DNA from: a virus
Lineage: Duplodnaviria > Caudoviricetes
DNA: 26,742 nucleotides
Reading direction: 5' to 3' (one strand)
Virus record (IMG/VR): IMGVR_UViG_3300025277_000123
Location: 1 to 26,742 of that record
Below are positions 1 to 9,618 of the stretch, one piece after another; position 1 is the stretch's first letter; the number at the start of each line of letters is the position of its first letter. The notes under the pieces are model-generated. The model worked only from the letters and a program-made list of their open reading frames with translations, was not told the DNA's origin and made no database searches. Both the position numbers and the translations under genes were made by a program.

Positions 1-3000
1 GGCCGCAAGGGGGCCGAGAGAGGGTTCTTCAGCTTTGATTTTGAGAACTACCAGTCACTCGTCAACGTTCTGAAGTATGGGGACTGGCGAACGCTTCTGC
101 AGGCCAATGCCTTGATGTTGAGCAAGTTCATGGGCGAGAGGTGGGCCCAGGGCTTCATCAACCATTTCGACCACGCCACAGATTCGGCCGGCCGCGTGAT
201 TCTTACGGCCCGTGGCGAGCTGCAGGCCGCTAAGGCGTTTGAGTGGTACATCCGCACGACAAACGCTCCGAGCGGCGGACTCAAGCGGTACTTCGACCAG
301 ATGCACATGACGCTGCAGGACTACTGGGCAAAGATTCGTGGCCGCACCGCCATCATCCCTCCGGAAGTACGCCAGTTCTTTGACCGCTTTCTTCGCCCGG
401 ATCTTCGGTATGAGGGAGACGCCATCAAGTTGGGCGCCTTGCGAGAACACCCAGTCACCTTTCTTAAGGAAACAGCCGCTGAACGGCTTACGGACGAGAA
501 GCAACTCAGAACCGCAAAGAGGCGTGCGTTTTGGTCCGTGAATCTCCACCCAGACGTTGTGCGGTCCGAGCTCGGTATTCCGGTGGGTGCTACCGAGGTG
601 AACGGTATCGAAATCTTGTCAGCAGCTGTGGGCTACATTGCGGCGGAAAACGCCAAGAAGTTGCTCGGACCAGGTCGTATTTTCATGATGAGCCCGCGGA
701 CGATGGTGCCTGAAACGCGCAGGAAACTAGTGCTCGATCGTTTGAGCGATCGTCTGCATGCCGCGATTGGCCAGTTCATACCAACGTGGAGCAAAACGAA
801 TAAAAGGTATGAACTTGATCCGGCACAGCAGGCTGGTATCCATGTTCTTCTTCAGGATGTAGCCAAGCACCCAATGGGGAACATCATTCCAGATCGTCTG
901 CTGGAGCCTGGCGCTGATCTTAGTTGGATGGCCGTCACCGAATGGGCCAGTATCGCCGAGGCGATTGTCGACATAGAAGCTGGTGTAGGGGCTAGGAGGG
1001 CTCACTATTCAGAGCACATCAACCCGAGCCAGGCCTATGCGCTTTGGAATATGTTGAAGTCTGGTGTCGTAGACATATCTGAAGGCACCAATACTGTGAC
1101 GGGGATGGTCAACAACCTGCGCAAGGCCTTCAAGTTGGATGTGTTTGCGAACGGAAACCTCGGTCCAGTCTTTCGAATTGTCTGGGAGAAGCGCATTCGC
1201 AGCATGGAGCTTGCCCCGCGCGAGATTTTGAAAATCGCTAGGGATGCGCTGAGTGGAGACAAAGAGGTCTCGCTCCAGCAGATCTACCTGAAGATGAAGG
1301 ACTATCTCACGCCTCCAGTGAGCCCGTCCCTGGTCGACGACATCGTTGGAACGATCAATCTTGAGCACGTCGATCCGACGATGAAAGCCAACGCTACTGG
1401 CTGGCTTGAGTTTCTGCGGGAATTCACCTCTGCAGAAAAGAAAAGGCATTGGGGTGAGTCGACGGAAGCATCATCGGCCTTGTTGCGCGGCGAAGAGCCT
1501 ATGGGGCCTGGCTACAACTTTGCTCCCACAGCAGAAGGCATGAGCAAACTTGAGTACCTCCTTTCAAGCCATCTCCAGCTTGAGCGTCTTCTTGGGCAGT
1601 CACAGAGGTGGACAGAGCAGCAACAGGTCAACATTCTTCAGCCCATTCGTCGATATGCGATGGACCTTGAGGAAGCCAAGGCGCGTGGGGTGGATGGTTC
1701 CGAGTGGTTAGCAACTCTTTCGGACGAAGATCTCATCGTACTGGGAGACGCCCTCGGGAAGATCGAGATTAGCTTGGACACGTCTCATAAGAGAATCACC
1801 CAAGTTGGCGAGTGGCTTATGCAGGCTGCTGCCGGTGAGCGAGACGCCTCCATCTTGGAAGGAACGACGGAACAACAGAAAGCGGCCTTCTACAAGTGGT
1901 TCTACGAAGGCAACTTCACCGCAATGTTTGATTATCTCTTGGAGTTTGGGCGCGAAGCCGGCCATAGCAAGACATTCTCTACATACGACATCAACCAGGC
2001 CATGCTCAACATGATGATTCGCTTGCGGGCCTATGAGCTCATGGGCCAGGTGTCCAAAGATCTCGCCCGCTATGGTCTTATGACCGACCTGTCTCAGTTA
2101 GGGACGGATATGCCGCTATTTGACGCCGTAACGGAGGCATACACTGGGTTCCGCCATGATTCACATGTCGACGAGGTGCAGTTCTACATTCAGATGCAGC
2201 TGAACTACCGCGCCACCGGGTATTTTTACAAAAAGACGGTGGATGTTCTGGCTCCAGACGGCACGCCAACAGGCGAAACACGCGACACATACGTTCATCG
2301 TGCGCCACCAGCGCCGAGAAGCAAGACAGGCAAGTCGATGCTGTCTCCGGAGCGTGCGGAATACGCCAAGAGTCGTGGCTGGGCGCGGGATCCAGAGATT
2401 CCAAGCAACTTTCACGAAATGCAGTCCTTTACCAGCGCCATGGAAATCCTTGATTCGATTGGAGTCAAGGCATCAACCGAAAAATGGGAACGCGTCCTGT
2501 TTCATGACGGCTCAGAGCACCTCATGCCGGCCGGTGCGGCCAGAGAGTATTTCGACGCACTAGAGCGGGTGGGAGAGCTCGGTACCGCCCGCGGCGGCGC
2601 GGCGCCAGCCAAGGCGTTCATTATTGGAAAAGCCGGTAGAGTACGGGTCAAAGAACGACCGACTGGCATCGATGTAAAGCAGTACCCAGGAGCTGTGGCG
2701 AAAGCCCAGTTTGGAAAGACAATCGACGACATGATGACGCTTTTCCCCATGACGGCACGCCACACGCGGATGGGCGTCACCACTGGGATTTTCCTGCCGA
2801 ATCCTGCGTACTACTTGGGTGTGGCTGTTGGCGCTTTCTTCCAGCTGTACGAGGGGCTCGGTCCCCTGGGCGCCATTAGGGCCGTAGCTAGCCACAATCA
2901 GATGAAGGCCGCCCTTATGGCCCGCCAGTGGAGAGAAGGAGATTACAAGCCTTCCGCCCCTCCGATTCCGACCAGATCGGGCGAGCTTCTAACAACCGAC

Positions 3001-4293
3001 CTTCTGTTCGATGAAGTCAACTTGGAGGGCATGAAGTCGAGTTACATCCGCGCGGAAGCGATGCAGGGCATTGAGGCGGATCTGCAGAAAGAACTTCGCA
3101 GTGCTCGATCTGGTCGTCTGCGAAGCATGTTGGGGAAAGTGTTCGACCAGGAGCGGTTGATCGAGACCGCCACCGCCATTGACAACTATTTCCGTCTTTC
3201 GGCTTTTCTGGATGCCCGCGTAAGAGGCATGAACTCATCAGACGCCGCCAAGCTCGCTAGGAAGATTGGGTTTGACTACGCGGCCTTGACCGAGTTTGAG
3301 AAGAAGTACATGCGCAGCCTGATTCTGTTCTACTCCTACTTCAGGAAGAACATGGATCTCTTCTGGGACACGCTCCTGACGAACCCGGAGCGGCTCATAG
3401 GGCAGATGCGCCTGATTCGCGGCGTTCACTCTGTGGCGCTCGAGGAGGACCCGGAGGTCGTGCTTAGGAAGTACGCGATGGGAAGACTTCCTGTGTGGTT
3501 CAAGGACGCAGCAGCCAATCAGCACGTACAGAACCAGTGGATGTATATCGTTCCACCACTTCCGTACCATGACGCGATTATGTGGCCCATTGATCTATTT
3601 GGCGCCCTCAAGGGCGACAATGAGGCCCTTCGAGGCCTGGTGGCCCACGTCTCGCCGTGGTGGCAGGCCCCATTTGTGTTTGCTACCCAGAAGGACATCT
3701 TCTGGGGCAAAGAGCTTGAGCTCTACAACAGGGTACCCACCTGGTTGGTTGAGTGGGATCTCAACATGACTGGTGGGATGCTGGTCAAGGACCTCTTTGA
3801 CGTCCAGTTGAGAGCTCACGCGGACCCATCCAAGGCCGATGCCCCCGGAATGGAGCGTTGGTACCATGCTCGTAATGCTCAAGCCTGGTGGGCCTGGCGA
3901 AACCTGATGCAATTCCCTACGGCTGGCCGTTCCATGGACACCATCAGCGCGATTGATCGCGCCAACATCGGTCCTGTGGAGTGGATCAACGCTAAGACCA
4001 AGGAACTCGGGCGCGGTTACGATCCCGCAAGCGTCATCTTGACGAGGCCGTCTGATTTTAGCGAAGACACCATGACGCCCCGGCCAGGCCTGACCGAGCT
4101 CGACGAGTTCCTGGGGCTCATTGGAATTCGCCCCATGCAAATCATGCACGGCCACATTTCCGGCATTAAGATCCAGCAGCGCCAGATCGCTGAACTACGC
4201 AGGGCCGCAGCGAGGGCGAGGCTTTCCGACCCCGGAAGGTACCCTGGTGGTATTCTGGAGTTGGTTGGCCCCGGCTTTGTACCACCCAAGTAG
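1..4293 (+). CDS. Very large polyvalent/internal virion (ejection-type) protein, 5'-truncated
   Basis: Frame 1 is open from base 1 to TAG at 4293 (>1430 aa). The N-terminal segment 'AAKAFEWYIRTTNAPSGGLKRYF...IPPEVRQFFDRFL' resembles the zincin-like (MPTase) region of phage polyvalent proteins. The segment 'DNYFRLSAF...AAKLARKIGFDYAALTEFEKKYMRSLILFYSYFRKN' resembles the LPD38-like helical region of large phage proteins. Confidence 0.7.
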   Translation, partial: GRKGAERGFFSFDFENYQSLVNVLKYGDWRTLLQANALMLSKFMGERWAQGFINHFDHATDSAGRVILTARGELQAAKAFEWYIRTTNAPSGGLKRYFDQMHMTLQDYWAKIRGRTAIIPPEVRQFFDRFLRPDLRYEGDAIKLGALREHPVTFLKETAAERLTDEKQLRTAKRRAFWSVNLHPDVVRSELGIPVGATEVNGIEILSAAVGYIAAENAKKLLGPGRIFMMSPRTMVPETRRKLVLDRLSDRLHAAIGQFIPTWSKTNKRYELDPAQQAGIHVLLQDVAKHPMGNIIPDRLLEPGADLSWMAVTEWASIAEAIVDIEAGVGARRAHYSEHINPSQAYALWNMLKSGVVDISEGTNTVTGMVNNLRKAFKLDVFANGNLGPVFRIVWEKRIRSMELAPREILKIARDALSGDKEVSLQQIYLKMKDYLTPPVSPSLVDDIVGTINLEHVDPTMKANATGWLEFLREFTSAEKKRHWGESTEASSALLRGEEPMGPGYNFAPTAEGMSKLEYLLSSHLQLERLLGQSQRWTEQQQVNILQPIRRYAMDLEEAKARGVDGSEWLATLSDEDLIVLGDALGKIEISLDTSHKRITQVGEWLMQAAAGERDASILEGTTEQQKAAFYKWFYEGNFTAMFDYLLEFGREAGHSKTFSTYDINQAMLNMMIRLRAYELMGQVSKDLARYGLMTDLSQLGTDMPLFDAVTEAYTGFRHDSHVDEVQFYIQMQLNYRATGYFYKKTVDVLAPDGTPTGETRDTYVHRAPPAPRSKTGKSMLSPERAEYAKSRGWARDPEIPSNFHEMQSFTSAMEILDSIGVKASTEKWERVLFHDGSEHLMPAGAAREYFDALERVGELGTARGGAAPAKAFIIGKAGRVRVKERPTGIDVKQYPGAVAKAQFGKTIDDMMTLFPMTARHTRMGVTTGIFLPNPAYYLGVAVGAFFQLYEGLGPLGAIRAVASHNQMKAALMARQWREGDYKPSAPPIPTRSGELLTTDLLFDEVNLEGMKSSYIRAEAMQGIEADLQKELRSARSGRLRSMLGKVFDQERLIETATAIDNYFRLSAFLDARVRGMNSSDAAKLARKIGFDYAALTEFEKKYMRSLILFYSYFRKNMDLFWDTLLTNPERLIGQMRLIRGVHSVALEEDPEVVLRKYAMGRLPVWFKDAAANQHVQNQWMYIVPPLPYHDAIMWPIDLFGALKGDNEALRGLVAHVSPWWQAPFVFATQKDIFWGKELELYNRVPTWLVEWDLNMTGGMLVKDLFDVQLRAHADPSKADAPGMERWYHARNAQAWWAWRNLMQFPTAGRSMDTISAIDRANIGPVEWINAKTKELGRGYDPASVILTRPSDFSEDTMTPRPGLTELDEFLGLIGIRPMQIMHGHISGIKIQQRQIAELRRAAARARLSDPGRYPGGILELVGPGFVPPK

Positions 4294-4315
4294 CCTGCCC
4301 AGATTCCCTTCACCG

Positions 4316-4324
4316 TGATATCCT
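4316..4324 (+). promoter_or_regulatory. Possible extended -10 promoter (TGaTATCCT)
   Basis: TGn-TATCCT lies in the 73-bp intergenic gap upstream of the AAGGAG RBS of 4367. There is no good -35 box. Confidence 0.3.
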
Positions 4325-4366
4325 TCTCTCCGATTCACCACGTCTACTTCCAAGGAGACCACTACC

Positions 4367-5119
4367 ATGTCCCAAATTCCTGAACTTATGGGCGGACGAC
4401 GCCTTACTCACGATGCCATTAGCGATAAAGGTTGGTATACCCGAGGCGTAGGCGACAAAGTTCAAATCTTTTCCGACTTTATGGGCGGCGGCGCACTGCC
4501 GCTCGATACCGCTGGCGGCGAAGGGTTTGTCAATCACGACACCTCGAGTTCTGGTGCGCCTACTTTCGCGTTTCAAGGCACTGCCGATGGCGTGTATCGC
4601 ATGGCGTTCGCCAGCACGAATGAGGCCGAATACGTCGCAACATACCTCGGAGACGCGGTTTGTGTCCCCTTTGACAAGAAGCCGATTTTTGAGGCTCGTG
4701 TCAAGTTGACCCTCAGTACGGGGACTGCTCTTACCTCTGCTGAGCGCCTCGTGATTGGCCTCGCGTCTGCGAGAAACAACACCCTGAGTAGCATTGCTAC
4801 TCATGCCTGGTTCAGACTGGCGGGCGCCAACAACAACATCAAGGTCGAAACCGACGACGGCACTACAGACAACGATGCTAACGACACAAACAAAGACTAC
4901 GTCGATGCGACGTACTACAAGTTCAGGATTGATTGTAGCGATACGTCTGACATTCAGTTTTACCTTGATGACGTGAACGTCACCCCTGAAACCATGACGC
5001 TTGCTGGCGCGTCGGCCGGCACTCTACTCCAGCCATACATTGAGTTTCAGAAGGATTCTGGCACCACGACTCATGCCATTGATATCGACTACATCTCAGT
5101 ACTCTGGAATCGCACCTGA
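4367..5119 (+). CDS. Virion-associated beta-sandwich (ConA/LamG-like) protein
   Basis: 250 aa with AAGGAG RBS. Beta-rich pattern 'FSDF...PIFEARVK...YYKFRID...IQFYLDDV...IDIDYISV' is typical of lectin-like phage structural proteins. Confidence 0.6.
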   Translation: MSQIPELMGGRRLTHDAISDKGWYTRGVGDKVQIFSDFMGGGALPLDTAGGEGFVNHDTSSSGAPTFAFQGTADGVYRMAFASTNEAEYVATYLGDAVCVPFDKKPIFEARVKLTLSTGTALTSAERLVIGLASARNNTLSSIATHAWFRLAGANNNIKVETDDGTTDNDANDTNKDYVDATYYKFRIDCSDTSDIQFYLDDVNVTPETMTLAGASAGTLLQPYIEFQKDSGTTTHAIDIDYISVLWNRT

Positions 5120-5148
5120 TCCATCCACCTTCTAACTAGGAGGCCGGA

Positions 5149-5598
5149 ATGCAGGGCTTCATTGTCAACGCTAATGCTACAACCGAGGTCAGAGATACTT
5201 ACGCGGCTATGGGTGGTGGTAATGTTGGTTTGATTCTTGAAGAAGATTCTACCGTCGACGCCAAATCCAGGGCAATGCCGCAGTCATGCTATCTATCGCA
5301 CCTCGACCTTTCCCTTACCAACGCGAACAGCGCCACTACGGTGGATTGTTTTTTTACTTGGGATACGGGTCGTGATCATCCCATGACTGGTGAGGCCACT
5401 GGTCAGAAGTTGAGTGAAGGGGTAACTAGCAACCTCAAGCATGTATCGATTTCGCTCGATGCTGTGGTGACAGCACCTACCGCCCAGACGACGGCTGGGA
5501 AGTGCGTTCTGTGGGTGCAAGTGAATAACCACACCGGAAATCCAGAGATCGCAACAGCCAGGCTGCACTGGGCTGATTCGAAAGCTGGCAACCATTAG
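5149..5598 (+). CDS. Hypothetical virion structural protein
   Basis: 149 aa with AGGAGG RBS, Thr/Ala-rich beta-strand composition, located in the structural cluster. Confidence 0.65.
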   Translation: MQGFIVNANATTEVRDTYAAMGGGNVGLILEEDSTVDAKSRAMPQSCYLSHLDLSLTNANSATTVDCFFTWDTGRDHPMTGEATGQKLSEGVTSNLKHVSISLDAVVTAPTAQTTAGKCVLWVQVNNHTGNPEIATARLHWADSKAGNH

Positions 5599-5606
5599 GG
5601 GGTAGC

Positions 5607-6572
5607 ATGGGTTTCAACAGTCCGTTCAATAGTAGCGGGGGGTCACAGATCCTTAGCGATCTGGATGTCGATGGCGGAACCCTCTCAATCGACGAAACCA
5701 ACAACCGCGTTGGCATTGGCACAACAGCGCCAGACGGGCGGCTGCATGTGATGAAGGGTTCTGCCGGAAGCGTCACGGCCAGCGGCGACGGTAATGCGCT
5801 TGTAGTTGAATCTGATGACGTTGCCGGCATGACGCTGCTAAGCCCTGGGGATGGGGTGATCTACTTTGGGGATGCGGCAGATAACGACGAAGGCCGGATC
5901 GCCTACAAACACTCTGACAATTCGATGAATCTGTGGACCAACAATGCGGTGCGCTTGACGATTGACAGTTCAGGTGATGCGACGTTTTCTGGAGCAATCC
6001 AGGCGAACAGTACAGTGACGGTTGGTACTGGAGCGCAGGCTGATACATACTTGAACTTTGATGGCAATGCTGTTGATTTCCGCATTGGCGTAGATGATGG
6101 GAACGATCAGCTTGAGATTGGGAAGGGAGTTGCCCACGGCACTACGTCCGCCATCATTATTTCCTCAACGCCCCAAGTAGTAACGACTACAGCCTTTGGG
6201 CAGAGTACCGGCGGGACCTTTGGGACCTTCTCTGACGGCGATGCTACTCCTTCTGTTGGTACTGGGAACCTCTGGAAGCATCACGCATCTACCCAGACAA
6301 TCACGATGTTCGATGACGGGATTGCTGGCCAAGTCATCAACGTCATTTCAACTGCGGCCATTACTTATGACGTGACGGGCACTAATCTCAAGGGAGGTAG
6401 TGTTGACCTCGTTACAGCCAGCGGGGACGTGACGCAGTGGTTCTTTGACGGTACTAATTGGTACTTGACCTACTTCATGGACGTGTCCGCTGACCACTCG
6501 GTTATCGGTGGTGGTGGTGGCGCTTCGGCAGACGATGGCAACCTCATCATTGGCATTCAATCTTTTAGTTAG
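5607..6572 (+). CDS. Tail fibre protein
   Basis: 321 aa, Gly/Thr/Asp-rich. Contains fibre repeat motifs 'NNRVGIGTTAPDGRLHV' and 'TNNAVRLTIDSSGD', and ends with a GGGGG linker plus 'DDGNLIIGIQSFS'. Confidence 0.8.
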   Translation: MGFNSPFNSSGGSQILSDLDVDGGTLSIDETNNRVGIGTTAPDGRLHVMKGSAGSVTASGDGNALVVESDDVAGMTLLSPGDGVIYFGDAADNDEGRIAYKHSDNSMNLWTNNAVRLTIDSSGDATFSGAIQANSTVTVGTGAQADTYLNFDGNAVDFRIGVDDGNDQLEIGKGVAHGTTSAIIISSTPQVVTTTAFGQSTGGTFGTFSDGDATPSVGTGNLWKHHASTQTITMFDDGIAGQVINVISTAAITYDVTGTNLKGGSVDLVTASGDVTQWFFDGTNWYLTYFMDVSADHSVIGGGGGASADDGNLIIGIQSFS

Positions 6573-6581
6573 GAACAACTC

Positions 6582-6950
6582 ATGGCTGTTACGTTCAATA
6601 AGAGAAGACTTTCCGGGTCAACTGCTGGAAGAGGCCTTACCGTTACTGCTACCGCTAGCGGCAATCAGGTTGTTCACGACCCGATTACGACGGCAATTGC
6701 TACTGGCGACTTCGATGAGGTTTGGCTCTGGGCAACCAACATCCACACCACGTCTGTCAAACTTACAATCGAGTTCGGCGCAACAACGGCAGCGAATGAC
6801 CACATCGTGGTAACCATTCCCCCAGACAGTGGCCTTGTTCAGGTGCTCCCTGGTCTGCTTATTAGCGGCAACAATGATATCCAAGCCTTCGCGGGCGTTG
6901 CGAGCAAGATCAATCTCTTTGGCTTCGTCAACCTGATTACGGAAAGCTGA
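6582..6950 (+). CDS. Small tail-fibre-associated beta-sandwich protein (DEVWLW family), copy 1
   Basis: 122 aa directly after the fibre gene. Motifs 'LSGST.G', 'DEVWLWATN', 'TIPPDSGLVQVLPG' and 'FGFVN'. Paralog of 16788-17204. Confidence 0.75.
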   Translation: MAVTFNKRRLSGSTAGRGLTVTATASGNQVVHDPITTAIATGDFDEVWLWATNIHTTSVKLTIEFGATTAANDHIVVTIPPDSGLVQVLPGLLISGNNDIQAFAGVASKINLFGFVNLITES

Positions 6951-7918
6951 TGTCGCGTAGGTCACGAGGCTCACTGAGGCTCGGAAAGCCAGACCCTGGA
7001 TCGGCACAGCCAACCTTCTCCATGGAGGACGTTGGCTTCCAACGCCTCTACCTCGGCAATGCAGACGCCTCGGAACTTGCGCCTGTCAACAGGACCGGAG
7101 TAGAAGTCCCGGCAAGTGGCGCGACGTTCGCCATTTCAAGCGCTACTGATACGGCTGATTACAGCACGGCTACTATTGCTGGAACTTGTCAAGGCTCGGG
7201 TCTCCAGCCACACAACGCCTATGTTTCGGCTTGTTGGAGTTGGAAGATGTTCGATATCCTCGGCAACCCAGTGACTGGCGCCACCCCTGTTATCCTTCAG
7301 TGGGCCGTTGTGCTGACATCAAGAGATGCAGTAGGGGAGGAATTCCCAGACAGCGGCAATCTCAGTGTAAATCCAAGATCGTGGCTGTGTTTGGGGGTTT
7401 CCGGGGACGATGCAGAGAACTTAGACGACAACTCGCAGCCAGCCCTCTCTGGATTTGAGGTCAAAACCCACGGCAATGTCGCGAGGCACTTGTCTGGAAT
7501 GGCTTTGAAGGGCGGAAACATGACGGGTGAGGCTGGTCTTGCTACCACTTGCGGTAAGGTAACAGTGGCCACCATGACCATGGGCCCCGATGATTCGGGG
7601 ATCTGTACTGCTGGGCCGCTGGCCAGTACTATCTTGGGGGTAAAGACGGCTGGAACTAATACCTATGCCGGGCAAGAGATCTATGATTCGCGGAATTATG
7701 ATCGAGACACATCCGCAGGACTCATCGGCCTGGAGCTTGCTCCAAACTCAACAACACAATTGAACTGGATGCTTGCTCTGGGCAGGCAGACACTCACCCC
7801 CGCTACCTCGGATACTGTCGCTGTGTGGCGTTTCCGTATCTACGCCCGTGCCATCCCAGCGATAATGTACTCAAATGCGGACCCGACTTGGCGGAACTTC
7901 GCCAGAACTTGGTTGTAA
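6950..7918 (+). CDS. Putative receptor-binding/tail-tip protein
   Basis: 322 aa coupled to the previous gene by a TGATG overlap. Gly/Ala/Thr-rich. Function is inferred from position only. Confidence 0.5.
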   Translation: MSRRSRGSLRLGKPDPGSAQPTFSMEDVGFQRLYLGNADASELAPVNRTGVEVPASGATFAISSATDTADYSTATIAGTCQGSGLQPHNAYVSACWSWKMFDILGNPVTGATPVILQWAVVLTSRDAVGEEFPDSGNLSVNPRSWLCLGVSGDDAENLDDNSQPALSGFEVKTHGNVARHLSGMALKGGNMTGEAGLATTCGKVTVATMTMGPDDSGICTAGPLASTILGVKTAGTNTYAGQEIYDSRNYDRDTSAGLIGLELAPNSTTQLNWMLALGRQTLTPATSDTVAVWRFRIYARAIPAIMYSNADPTWRNFARTWL

Positions 7919-7926
7919 GGTAAAGC

Positions 7927-8208
7927 ATGGATGCTGCACTACTTGTAAGGGCCGCTGATTCTGCATCGGCTGACGCTATCGTCTCGGATGGGGGCAGTGG
8001 CTCTTTGTGGGGGGTTGCCCTACCAGCCGGTACATTTCTCATAGCCAAGGATAGATGGGCTCTCATTGCATCGGAGTATGCCGTTCTAGATGAGCTAGAT
8101 GAAAACCTCCCTGCGGGGGTCGAATACTTTCAGACCTTCGAGTATGACCTCTCTTCCCTCTCAATCAACCAGTTGACCTACTACCTCTTGGGCAAGGGCT
8201 CGGCGTGA
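7927..8208 (+). CDS. Hypothetical protein
   Basis: 93 aa in the operon, with a GTGA overlap to the next gene. Confidence 0.6.
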   Translation: MDAALLVRAADSASADAIVSDGGSGSLWGVALPAGTFLIAKDRWALIASEYAVLDELDENLPAGVEYFQTFEYDLSSLSINQLTYYLLGKGSA

Positions 8209-8498
8209 GCAAAGACCTCTTAGCTAAGATTGCATTGTGGTCTTTGCCTGTCTTTTGGGGCGCAGCGGGAGTCTACGCCCAAGTGCTTGGTACAGTGGAA
8301 GACGTCGAAGAGGTCGCCGAAAAGCTTGACGTTCACGAGGACCTCCCCGGTCACCCGGTGGACCACCAAAGAATGCAGGACCACACACAGGTCATGGTAG
8401 AGATCGTTACCGAGCAGCGCGAGATGCGGTCAGAGCAACAGGACCTGGCTTTGTCGGTCGCGGCTATCTGCCAGGCGACTGACGCGAGGTGTAACTAA
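8205..8498 (+). CDS. Membrane-anchored coiled-coil protein (holin/lysis accessory candidate)
   Basis: GTG start. N-terminal hydrophobic segment 'IALWSLPVFWGAAGVYAQVL', then a heptad-like helix and two C-terminal Cys. Confidence 0.55.
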   Translation: MSKDLLAKIALWSLPVFWGAAGVYAQVLGTVEDVEEVAEKLDVHEDLPGHPVDHQRMQDHTQVMVEIVTEQREMRSEQQDLALSVAAICQATDARCN

Positions 8499-8887
8499 TG
8501 GCTGTAAGCAGCACGAATGGGCTTGAGCTCAACACTCATGTAATCAAGAGCACGGCTATCAATGCCACTGTTTCAGACAACGTCAAGTTGTCATCTGGAA
8601 CCCTCCATGCGATTTCGCTCTCAGCAGCAACAAACGGCGGGACAGAGACCGGCTTCATCAAGCTCACGTTGACGGACACAGCTGTTGTGGTTGCTACAGA
8701 CCCATCGGACATTCAGTTTCCGCTTAGAGAAGGCAATACGATTTCAGTAGACATCACTGATTCGTCGGTGAGCTCTGCTGGCGGTGTTGCCTTTGATGTC
8801 CTTGGTGTATGGCAGGTCAATGCCGCGGCCAAAGCAGGCAATACAGCGATTGGTGATACCATCACCGGGTACTTCACGGTCAAGTAA
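8498..8887 (+). CDS. Small beta-rich virion protein, paralog A
   Basis: 129 aa with TAATG coupling. Shares the 'SGxL...N...(F/Y)xK' pattern with 8887, 10740 and 11110. Confidence 0.7.
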   Translation: MAVSSTNGLELNTHVIKSTAINATVSDNVKLSSGTLHAISLSAATNGGTETGFIKLTLTDTAVVVATDPSDIQFPLREGNTISVDITDSSVSSAGGVAFDVLGVWQVNAAAKAGNTAIGDTITGYFTVK

Positions 8888-9282
8888 TGGCAACTTCAAA
8901 AATCACAGCACTGACTCCCCTCGCTTCCTTCATGTGGAAGGACACGGCGGCGACAACAACTGTCGTTACAGTGACTGGCGCTACGAGTGGTTCTCTGCTG
9001 CAGGTAGATCTCGATAATCAGGTCGGTAGTGCCGCTGTGTTTTTGAAGATGACCTTCCCGAGTTCCGGAACACCAGATATTGGCACCACAGCAGCTGACA
9101 TGAAATTCTACGCGCCGGCAGGCAAGCGCATCATCTACACGATTCCACAGGGGATCCCGTTGGCGTGGATCAACGGAAGCGGGCAGTTGTACTACTGGCT
9201 CTCCACGAGCAATACAGAGTCAAGCTCTGCAGCTCCGGCTTCTGGAGAAGAGCCTACTGTGCGAATCACGCTGACGGCATAG
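8887..9282 (+). CDS. Small beta-rich virion protein, paralog B
   Basis: 131 aa with TAATG coupling. Contains 'SGSLLQVDLDN..GSAAVFLKM...GTTAAD...YTIPQGI'. Confidence 0.72.
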   Translation: MATSKITALTPLASFMWKDTAATTTVVTVTGATSGSLLQVDLDNQVGSAAVFLKMTFPSSGTPDIGTTAADMKFYAPAGKRIIYTIPQGIPLAWINGSGQLYYWLSTSNTESSSAAPASGEEPTVRITLTA

Positions 9283-9300
9283 TCGTGTATAGGATCGTGT

Positions 9301-9618
9301 GTGATGCCCGATGATGACAAAGGAAAGGGTTTCAATCCTCTCTCGGGCATGCCGCCGTGGGCCTGGGTTTTGCTACTGGGCAGCGGTAGCGGTATCGGTT
9401 TGGGTGGGTTGTCTCTTGTTGAACAAGAAGAACAAGAAGAACGAGAATGCCCTGACGAGAACGAAATATCTGTAGCTGTTGCTCGGGCAGAGGCGGCAGA
9501 GGCCAGCCACCGGGCAATGATTGATAGCCTCCAAACCATGGCTCTTCTTTTAGGTGAGTGTCAGACAGACAGGGATGAGGAGCCTCCGAGGAACTCCACC
9601 ATGAGGTCATCCTGGTGA
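9301..9618 (+). CDS. Single-pass membrane protein with acidic/coiled-coil C-terminus
   Basis: 105 aa (start GTG 9301 or ATG 9304). Hydrophobic/Gly segment 'WAWVLLLGSGSGIGLGGLSLV'. GTGA overlap with the first DUF2589-like gene. Confidence 0.6.
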   Translation: MMPDDDKGKGFNPLSGMPPWAWVLLLGSGSGIGLGGLSLVEQEEQEERECPDENEISVAVARAEAAEASHRAMIDSLQTMALLLGECQTDRDEEPPRNSTMRSSW

